Shown here: in pieces, positions 57,183 through 64,000 of the stretch | How the letters are laid out: each line of letters starts with the position of its first letter | Position numbering within the stretch: the first letter of the stretch is position 1 | DNA from: Rothia sp. (in: high G+C Gram-positive bacteria) | GTDB taxonomy: Bacteria; Actinomycetota; Actinomycetes; Actinomycetales; Micrococcaceae | NCBI GenBank assembly: GCA_030530765.1 | Contig: JAUMUH010000001.1 | Span: 2,208 to 66,207 of the forward strand | Length of the DNA stretch: 64,000 bases | Direction of reading: 5' to 3' | Translations under genes and position numbers: made by a program | Notes under the pieces: model-generated | Databases searched by the model: none | What the model was told of the DNA's origin: nothing | Seen by the model: only the letters and a program-made list of their open reading frames with translations

Positions 57183-58283
57183 ATGACTGACCAGCAGAAC
57201 AGTAACATCCCCTGGCAGAAGCAGCCTGCGTTTGAAATACCAGCTGACCAGCAGCTAGGTGGCCCCCAGCCCGCTTTTGACCCGGCAGCTTCAGTGGCGC
57301 CGTCCGCCCCCGCCTACGGGCAGGTGCCACCGCCGGGTTGGCGCCCGGGCTACCGTGCCGAAACCCAGCAGCTGGGCTATCACCGCCTGGCGCTGGCTGA
57401 CCCTAAGAACCGCTGGTGGACGCCCCTGGTAGAGCTGGCAATCGCGGCGCCGGTTTACCTGGTGCTGAGCCTGCTGGTCACCGTGCTACTTTTTGTTGCA
57501 CTCTTCTCTGACCTTGACCCTGCCATCAACAGCGGGGTGCTGGGAACCTTGCAGACTATTCAGAGCGCCGCCCTGGAATCACCGGTTATGTTCGCTTATG
57601 TGTTTGGGTCGGTGGCACTGATGTTCCCGGCAATGTGGCTGGCGCGCATCATCATGGGCCCGAGACCCTGGGGCTTGGTTCACTCGGTGGCGGGTCGTAT
57701 GCGCTGGGGTTGGCTGCTGATGTGCCTGGGTATTGCTGCCCTGTTCTTTGTGGTGCTCCCTTTTGGTCTGGACTTTGCCCTGGGCAGCCAGCTGGTAGCC
57801 TCACCCACAGCATCTGGCACCAAGCTTATTCTTCTGCTGGTACTGGTTGCCCTGATTGTGCCCTTTCAGGCATACGCTGAGGAGCTGGTCTTTCGCGGCT
57901 ATCTCATACAGACCCTGGGGCGCTGGTTGAAACACCCCGCCTGGGCGATTGTGCTGCCCGCCCCGCTCTTTATGCTGGGGCACGCTTATGACCTATGGGC
58001 GCAACTTTCTATACTGGTGATGGGTCTTGCCGCCGGCTTTGTCACCTGGCGCACCGGCGGGCTAGAGGCCGCCATTGCCCTGCATATCGTGAATAACCTG
58101 GTGGCAATGACTCTCGGTATTTATGGGCTGGCTGACCCCTTTGTGCAGGGCGGTTCTACCTGGGGCAGTTTGGTTTCCTCGGTGCTGACCCAGGGTGTTT
58201 TTGTGCTGGTAGTGCTCTGGGCTGCCAAAAAGCGCGGCATAGAGCGGGTGCGGACGGCGCAGGTTTGGGTGAAGACCCCCTAG
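57183..58283 (+). CDS. CPBP (CAAX/Abi) family intramembrane glutamic endopeptidase
   Basis: AEELVFRG, FMLGH, TGGLEAAIALHIVNN; true start ATG 57183 lies 7 nt after TAGAGT. Confidence 0.9.
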   Translation: MTDQQNSNIPWQKQPAFEIPADQQLGGPQPAFDPAASVAPSAPAYGQVPPPGWRPGYRAETQQLGYHRLALADPKNRWWTPLVELAIAAPVYLVLSLLVTVLLFVALFSDLDPAINSGVLGTLQTIQSAALESPVMFAYVFGSVALMFPAMWLARIIMGPRPWGLVHSVAGRMRWGWLLMCLGIAALFFVVLPFGLDFALGSQLVASPTASGTKLILLLVLVALIVPFQAYAEELVFRGYLIQTLGRWLKHPAWAIVLPAPLFMLGHAYDLWAQLSILVMGLAAGFVTWRTGGLEAAIALHIVNNLVAMTLGIYGLADPFVQGGSTWGSLVSSVLTQGVFVLVVLWAAKKRGIERVRTAQVWVKTP

Positions 58284-58324
58284 AGGTTTCACGCGGGGTT
58301 AGCAGCTTGACTAGAATGTGACCT

Positions 58325-59623
58325 ATGACTACCGACCTTGACCCTAGAGAGAACATTCAAGACCTGGCTGCTTTTGTTGCGGCGTCCCCAACCTCCTACC
58401 ATGCTGCCGCTGAGGCAGCCCGCCGACTAGAAGCGTCCGGCTTTACCCAGCTGGACGAGGGCACCTCCTGGCCTGCAAGCGCTGCCATCGGCAAGCACTT
58501 TGTGCTGCGTGATGGCGCCATCATAGCCTGGGCAGGCAGCACCTGCCACCGCAGCTACCGGGTACTGGGAGCACACACTGACTCACCCGGTTTCAAGGTC
58601 AAACCTAAGTCATCGGTGCGCGCCCTCACCTGGAACCAGGTAGGTGTTGAAATCTACGGCGGGCCCCTGCTCAACTCCTGGCTTGACCGTGAACTGCGCC
58701 TGGCAGGGCGCTTGACCGTGCTGATTGACGGGCAGCTTGAAACCCGCCTGGTAGCAACCGAGCCGATTGCCCGCGTCCCCCAGCTCGCTATCCACCTGGA
58801 GCGGGACGCCAACAACGGGCTGAAACTCGACAAGCAGGGTAACCTCTACCCGGTCTGGGGTTTTGGTGACTCCACCGGCGACGTGCTGGCATACCTCGCT
58901 GAACGTGCTGAGGGCGGGGCAGTAGATGCTGCTGCCATTGTGGGCTATGATCTCTTTTTCGCGGACGCCCAAACCCCGCAGATCTTTGGCGAAAACCAGG
59001 AGCTCTTTGCCTCCGGCAGGCTCGATAATCTTTCGTCTGTTCACGCCGGTCTAACCGCCCTGCAGCGTGCAGCTGCCGGTGGGGTAGCGGGGGAACAGAC
59101 CCTCATGCTGGCTGCCTTTGACCATGAAGAAATTGGCTCAGAATCCCGCTCTGGTGCAGCCGGGTCCTTCCTTGAGGACGTCCTGGTGCGGCTTGCTGAG
59201 GCACGCGGAGACAGCCCCGCTGACTACCGCCGCCAGGTTGCCGAATCGGTCTGCCTTTCATCGGACGCCGGGCACCTGGTTCACCCCAACTACGCGGGTC
59301 ACCACGACCCCACCGTGCGCCCCCTACCCGGTGGCGGGCCTCTGCTGAAGATCAACGCCAACCAGCGCTACGCCACCGACGCGGTGGGTGCCGGGGTTTT
59401 TGCCCAGGCGTGTGCTAAGGCCGGTGTGCCCTACCAGCAGTTTGTTTCTAACAACAACGTGCCTTGTGGATCCACCATTGGCCCTATCACTGCCACCCGC
59501 CTGGGTATGCGCACCGTGGACGTCGGTGTTGGGTTGCTCTCTATGCACTCAGCCCGCGAGCTGGTCACCGTCGCTGACATGGCGCACCTGACCCGCGCCA
59601 TTGAGGGCTTCTACACCCTCTAA
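58325..59623 (+). CDS. M18 family aminopeptidase
   Basis: SPTSYHA, GAHTDSP, RLDNLSS, DHEEIGS, SSDAGH, CGSTIGP, SMHSARE. Confidence 0.93.
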   Translation: MTTDLDPRENIQDLAAFVAASPTSYHAAAEAARRLEASGFTQLDEGTSWPASAAIGKHFVLRDGAIIAWAGSTCHRSYRVLGAHTDSPGFKVKPKSSVRALTWNQVGVEIYGGPLLNSWLDRELRLAGRLTVLIDGQLETRLVATEPIARVPQLAIHLERDANNGLKLDKQGNLYPVWGFGDSTGDVLAYLAERAEGGAVDAAAIVGYDLFFADAQTPQIFGENQELFASGRLDNLSSVHAGLTALQRAAAGGVAGEQTLMLAAFDHEEIGSESRSGAAGSFLEDVLVRLAEARGDSPADYRRQVAESVCLSSDAGHLVHPNYAGHHDPTVRPLPGGGPLLKINANQRYATDAVGAGVFAQACAKAGVPYQQFVSNNNVPCGSTIGPITATRLGMRTVDVGVGLLSMHSARELVTVADMAHLTRAIEGFYTL

Positions 59624-59627
59624 AAAG

Positions 59628-59696
59628 CGTTTGCCTTACATCTGTCTGAATGCCTTACGACAAACTGAAGGCAAACAGACAGATGTAAGGCAAACC
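59628..59696. repeat. 69-bp palindromic element, copy B
   Basis: cgtttgccttacatctgtctgaa-N23-aacagacagatgtaaggcaaacc; 20-bp perfect arms; homologous to 42381-42449. Confidence 0.9.
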
Positions 59697-59721
59697 AGCA
59701 GAGGACGGCGGGGGTTAGCGT

Positions 59722-60543
59722 CTACTTGTACCAGGAGTCGAAGATAGTGACCGGGGTGGTGCGCTTATGGCGGGAGCGCAAGAACCGCCCCTCAATGTTC
59801 TCAGCAGCCGCCGGATCAATCTCTTTACCCTCAAGGTAGTCGTCAATCTGGTCGTAGGTGACGCCCAGTTCGTCCTCATCGGTGCGCCCCGGCTTGCCGT
59901 CCAGCAAATCAGCGGTGGGCACCTTCTGCCAGAGGGCAGGCTCAGCGCCCAGCACCTTAAGCAGCTCGCGGTTCTGCCGCTTATTCAAGCCATGCAGGGG
60001 CATGACGTCCGCCCCGCCGTCCCCAAACTTGGTAAAGAAACCGGTCACAGCCTCAGCGCCGTGGTCGGTGCCAACCACCAGCAGGTTCTTCTCACCGGCA
60101 AGGGCATACTGGGCGATCATGCGGGCACGTGCCTTGACGTTGCCCTTGTTGAAGTCAGAGATAGCCTGCTCGGTTGCCTGCTCAAAAGCAGACTCAAAGC
60201 CGTCCACGGCGGCGGCGATGTTGTAGGTGACGGTTTGCTGGGGCATGATAAAGCGCAGAGCCGCCTGGGCGTCATCTTCATCTGCCTGCACCTTGTAGGG
60301 TAGCCGCACGGCAATAAATTCGGCGGTAATACCCTCAAGTTCTAGCTCCTCAACAGCCAGCTGGCAGAGCCGCCCTGCCAGGGTGGAGTCAAGACCGCCC
60401 GAGATACCCAGCACGAACCCGCTGGTGCCGGTGGCCTTGAGGTAGTCCACCAGAAATTGCACGCGCCTGCGCACCTCTTCGGTGGGGTCGATAGTAGGCT
60501 TAACGCCCAGTTCTTCAATGATCTGAGCCTGTAGTTCACGCAT
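59722..60543 (-). CDS. nadE: Ammonia-dependent NAD+ synthetase
   Basis: [42 protein letters not shown]. Confidence 0.96.
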   Translation of the reverse strand: MRELQAQIIEELGVKPTIDPTEEVRRRVQFLVDYLKATGTSGFVLGISGGLDSTLAGRLCQLAVEELELEGITAEFIAVRLPYKVQADEDDAQAALRFIMPQQTVTYNIAAAVDGFESAFEQATEQAISDFNKGNVKARARMIAQYALAGEKNLLVVGTDHGAEAVTGFFTKFGDGGADVMPLHGLNKRQNRELLKVLGAEPALWQKVPTADLLDGKPGRTDEDELGVTYDQIDDYLEGKEIDPAAAENIEGRFLRSRHKRTTPVTIFDSWYK

Positions 60544-60666
60544 AAAACCATCCTACTCTGCAACCTACCCAGACCGTACCGAGTATTGAAATTTTTGGGC
60601 TTATTTTACAACCAGCAAAGAATTTCTACATAGGATAGAGGTAGACACATACACATACAGGAGAAG

Positions 60667-61077
60667 ATGATGCAGTACGGTTACCCGCAGCAGCCCCCTT
60701 ACCAGCCTCGCCCTGAGGAGCTTCACAATAAGGCAACCTTCGCCCACCTCTCTGGTCTGCTGGGGCTGTTGCTGACTGTTTCGTTTGCGGGTTTTCTGGG
60801 GCCGCTCATTTTCTGGCTGCTGTACAAGGACCGCCCCGGCTACGAGGTGGTGCGGGTGGCAGCGGCTGGCGCGTTCAACTTTAACCTGGCCATGTGGCTG
60901 ATAAACCTAGCAGCCTGGGTTGTAACCCTCATTACTCTGGGGATTGGTGCTATCGTGACCGTCCCCATCATGTGCGCTGGCTGGCTTGTGACCATCATTT
61001 TCCATATCGTTGCGGCAGTCCGAGCCAACAAGGGTGAGGTCTACCGCTACCCCCTGCGGGTGAACGTCCTCAGCTAA
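60667..61077 (+). CDS. DUF4870 family small membrane protein
   Basis: AHLSG, GPLIFWL, AFNF, RANKGEVYRYP. Confidence 0.8.
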   Translation: MMQYGYPQQPPYQPRPEELHNKATFAHLSGLLGLLLTVSFAGFLGPLIFWLLYKDRPGYEVVRVAAAGAFNFNLAMWLINLAAWVVTLITLGIGAIVTVPIMCAGWLVTIIFHIVAAVRANKGEVYRYPLRVNVLS

Positions 61078-61237
61078 GGTTGTATTCGATGGTGGGGAGC
61101 GCCCAACGGGCGGGGGCTGTGCACCTGGGTAATTTTAAAAAAATTAAATAAATTTTGCACGGAGTCTATCTAGGGGTGAAGAAACCTTGTAGAGTAAGAG
61201 TGTCTTAGACCACTTATGTGAGTAGAAGGATTCCCCC

Positions 61238-61858
61238 ATGCTCCCTCGCCGTACCCTTCTAGCTGCTGCACCCCTAGGCGCTTTAACAGTAGCTTTTACC
61301 CCCGCCCACGCCGTGACTTACGCTGACGTGCGCCCCGGTAGTCTCTTCTATACTGAAGTAACCTGGGCTACCAAAAATAACCTCATCATCGGATACCCCG
61401 ATGGCAGTTTCAGACCCAATGAACCAGTTGACCGGCAAACCTTTGCCCGTGCAGTTTATGCCTACCGGAGCAAACCCTCATACACCCCACCTGCCAAATC
61501 TTATTTCTCGGACGTTCCTGCCACCCACCTCTACTACAAAGAGATTAATTGGTTAGTTGAGCAAGGTATTACCTCTGGCTATTGGGACAAAACTTTTCGT
61601 CCTACAAAAGTGCTGGAGCGCAATGCCCTGGCTGCTTTTCTCTACCGTATGGCAGGTGAACCCCACTACACCCCTCCGGTTATCTCATACTTCACAGATG
61701 TTCTACCAGCTGAAGAATTTTACAAAGAGATTAGTTGGCTCAGAGATATGAACATCACCACCGGCTGGGCTAATGGCAGTTACCAGCCTCTTGAGGCTAC
61801 CAGCCGGCACGCTGTGTGTGCTTTCTTATACCGCTATCACCAGAATGTGGGGTACTAA
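61238..61858 (+). CDS. Secreted protein made of three S-layer homology (SLH) domains only
   Basis: PRRTLL...AHA signal; three repeats (Y/F)xDV...FY.EI.W....I..G..D.SFRP.....R....FLYR. Confidence 0.88.
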   Translation: MLPRRTLLAAAPLGALTVAFTPAHAVTYADVRPGSLFYTEVTWATKNNLIIGYPDGSFRPNEPVDRQTFARAVYAYRSKPSYTPPAKSYFSDVPATHLYYKEINWLVEQGITSGYWDKTFRPTKVLERNALAAFLYRMAGEPHYTPPVISYFTDVLPAEEFYKEISWLRDMNITTGWANGSYQPLEATSRHAVCAFLYRYHQNVGY

Positions 61859-61863
61859 AAGCT

Positions 61864-64000
61864 ATGAACCGTAAAACTTTCAAAGGCGCTTCACTACTGG
61901 TAGCTCTGTTACTGAGCTGTGGCACTATCATTGCACCAGCTGCTTATGCAGTGGACTTACCCACTGCAAACCAAGTCAAAGAAAATACTTCAACTGGTCA
62001 AAGGCCAGCTGCTACTACCCTGAAGATTCAGCTTGGCGCAGGTGTCAGTGGTTCGCTGGACGTGGGCACAGGTAACCTACTGACCAGTATGAATGTCAAT
62101 GGTATTTCTTTTGCACATAACTCCCTTACTCCTATAACTACTGGTGCGGGTACCCGTAATAACTGGCGTGTTACCGGTCTTGGGGCGGGTCACCTCTTTG
62201 CTGAAAATAAGACTATCCTTTTGATAACAGCTAGCGGTGAGCGAGTGGTTTTTACCCCTAACCCAGCAGCCCCTGGGAGCTACACCGCACCGGCTGGTAA
62301 ACGCTATACTCTCACCAAAACGGCAGAGAACTATAAGTTATTAACCTGGGATGCAGCTTCTACTACCTATTTCTCTCTCAATGGTTACCCGCAGAAAGTA
62401 GTGGACCGCAACGGCAACGAGACAAAGCTCAGTAGTGCTCAGGGGCTACCTACAGAGCAGAGCGGCTGGCAGGGCCCCGCTGCAGCCCGGAACACCTTCA
62501 TGATTCCAGGTTCTGCAGGGGATACTATCGGTTCTGGCACTAGTCAAAGTTCCCTAAAGCTCTCATGGAAGCTTGATAGCGCTAATGGCAGGTATACCGC
62601 CTTAACGAACCCTCGCGGGCTAAAGACCACTATTGAGTACGATTCTGTAGGGCGTATCGTCAAGGTTTCTACTGCCGGTGGCGGGTATACCAAGATTAGC
62701 TATGATGCTAAGAATCGTGTCACGCAGATCGCCACCCCAGGTACGGCCGAAGCCCCAACGGTTGAGGCAATTACACGTTTTGACTACACAGACGGTAGTA
62801 AGACGCTAGTAGCTGGGGCTAACACTGACCCAAAGGTTGCCGTAGCGGCTGGGGCGCATACTGCCTATACTCTTACCCCTAGTGGTCAGAGGATTGCCTC
62901 GGTTGTTGATGCTGATGGTCGTGTGCGCTCTGCCACCTATACACCGCAGATGAATATCGGCTCTTACACTTCAGGGCTGGGTGCTACTGCTGGCACACAG
63001 ACCTATGATTATGGGGCGAATAATGACAACTCCCTAACGCAGGCTACCGGTGCGAATGGGGAAAAGAGCAATTTCGATTACTCTAACATGGCGGATAACA
63101 CCAAATATTCACCGTCCTCTTCTACTGATGCTCGAGGAAATAAGAGCGTCTATACATATGCGGCATCAGGTGCTCTTGCAACATCTACTAATGCCTTATC
63201 TGCTACTGCTGAAGTGGGATATAACCCCAACGGTACCCCTGCCTTTGCTTTGGCACCGGGCAACGCGGGGAACCCTACTAGATACGAATACACCGCAGAT
63301 GCTTTATTGAGTAAGGTGGTTCCTGCACGTGGGGGGTCTATTACGGCTGAATCCTATATCTATGATGATTTGGGGCGCTTGACTAGTAAGACTACTAGGC
63401 GGGCAGGGGTTGTTAAATACACTTATGAGGGTAATACAACACTAGTAACCAGGGTAGCTTCTTACCCTAAGGGTTCTGCTAACGCTGATGCTGTTCAGGA
63501 TACAACGTATGACAAGCTGGGGCGAGTCACTTCGGTGACGAGCTGGTCCGGCGGAGTACAGACTCAGAAGACAAATTACACTTATAGTAGCCGCGGTGAA
63601 GTGACCTCACAGGTAATTGCTCAGAGTGCTGTTGGCAGTGAGAAAGCTCAGACTACGACCATTGGTTATAAGTACGACCGAGAAGGTAAGTTGATTTCTA
63701 AAAGTATTGATGGATTAGTCAATACTTATAACTACACTGCCGGTGGAACGCTTGATAGCGTGAACTACGCTGAGGCGGGGGTTAAGAAGACCATCAAGTT
63801 CGCCACCGATGACCGAGGACGCCGTACTGATACCTGGTATGGGGCTGACGGTAATACGGGTGCTAAGAACTGGGAGGTTTGGAAGCATTCTGAGTATGAC
63901 CGCTCAGGTAATTTGAGGTATGAGCGGGTGCAAAAGACTAAGAGCGCCCCGGTTACTTCAGATAATCCTGATGGTGTTGCTACCCTGTCAGAGAAGCGAT
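61864..64000 (+). CDS. Secreted RHS/YD-repeat protein (WapA-like polymorphic toxin), truncated by the window end
   Basis: I translated 712 stop-free codons: Sec signal ending AYA, DVGTGNLL, VDRNGN, YDSVGRI, YDAKNRV, YDDLGRL, YDKLGRV, YDREGKL, YDRSGNL; absent from the ORF track because no stop is reached. Confidence 0.9.
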   Translation, partial: MNRKTFKGASLLVALLLSCGTIIAPAAYAVDLPTANQVKENTSTGQRPAATTLKIQLGAGVSGSLDVGTGNLLTSMNVNGISFAHNSLTPITTGAGTRNNWRVTGLGAGHLFAENKTILLITASGERVVFTPNPAAPGSYTAPAGKRYTLTKTAENYKLLTWDAASTTYFSLNGYPQKVVDRNGNETKLSSAQGLPTEQSGWQGPAAARNTFMIPGSAGDTIGSGTSQSSLKLSWKLDSANGRYTALTNPRGLKTTIEYDSVGRIVKVSTAGGGYTKISYDAKNRVTQIATPGTAEAPTVEAITRFDYTDGSKTLVAGANTDPKVAVAAGAHTAYTLTPSGQRIASVVDADGRVRSATYTPQMNIGSYTSGLGATAGTQTYDYGANNDNSLTQATGANGEKSNFDYSNMADNTKYSPSSSTDARGNKSVYTYAASGALATSTNALSATAEVGYNPNGTPAFALAPGNAGNPTRYEYTADALLSKVVPARGGSITAESYIYDDLGRLTSKTTRRAGVVKYTYEGNTTLVTRVASYPKGSANADAVQDTTYDKLGRVTSVTSWSGGVQTQKTNYTYSSRGEVTSQVIAQSAVGSEKAQTTTIGYKYDREGKLISKSIDGLVNTYNYTAGGTLDSVNYAEAGVKKTIKFATDDRGRRTDTWYGADGNTGAKNWEVWKHSEYDRSGNLRYERVQKTKSAPVTSDNPDGVATLSEKR

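Noticed and set aside
56745-58283. 512-aa ORF overlapping the opposite-strand gene
   Set aside because: The extension is antisense to 55802-57079; the leaderless start at 57183 fits better.
60010-60023. Motif-like cgccccgccgtccc inside nadE
   Set aside because: Encodes the conserved GDGGA of NadE, so it is not independent evidence and is left out of the exact count.
63050-63310. 86-aa ORF in the track
   Set aside because: Out-of-frame shadow inside the RHS gene.
167-63824. Dispersed motif as a Chi- or KOPS-like polar signal
   Set aside because: Copies are split about evenly between strands (12 versus 14) and often form inverted pairs.
1-64000. CRISPR array, rRNA, tRNA, IS transposase, integrase, prophage genes
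   Set aside because: No regularly spaced repeat-spacer array and no recognisable motifs. A small RNA could be missed by eye.

Overview
Chromosomal window from a high-GC Gram-positive bacterium (about 55-60% GC by eye; gene content suggests Micrococcaceae, Rothia-like, which is an inference). No rRNA, tRNA, CRISPR array, integrase or transposase was recognised. Layout: pepO, a DHA2 MFS exporter, a secreted S1 protease, an aldo-keto reductase and a sugar porter (0-8 kb); a ~31 kb catabolic block (8-39 kb) made of a myo-inositol (iol) cluster, a DUF1537 four-carbon acid-sugar module and an erythritol plus arabitol/mannitol polyol cluster, the last bracketed by a 61-bp direct repeat and by gene debris; an AAA ATPase; a probable arginine/guanidinobutyrate catabolic cluster (40-46.5 kb); a frameshifted GDPD; DUF1846; a membrane-domain/cupredoxin/copper nitrite reductase fusion; envelope and peptidase genes; nadE; and an SLH-only protein coupled to a Sec-secreted RHS/YD protein that runs off the window. 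The strongest unexplained signal is a short motif, AGGACG(G/C)CG, extended form GCGCCCCGCCGTCCT. I counted about 26 copies by eye on both strands: in intergenic DNA, as inverted pairs in hairpins, and in flexible coding segments. This behaviour resembles a DNA uptake sequence or a REP element. Long AT-rich palindromes of 60-70 bp, two of them homologous, sit beside several copies. All homology calls rest on motif recognition and recall, not on database searches.
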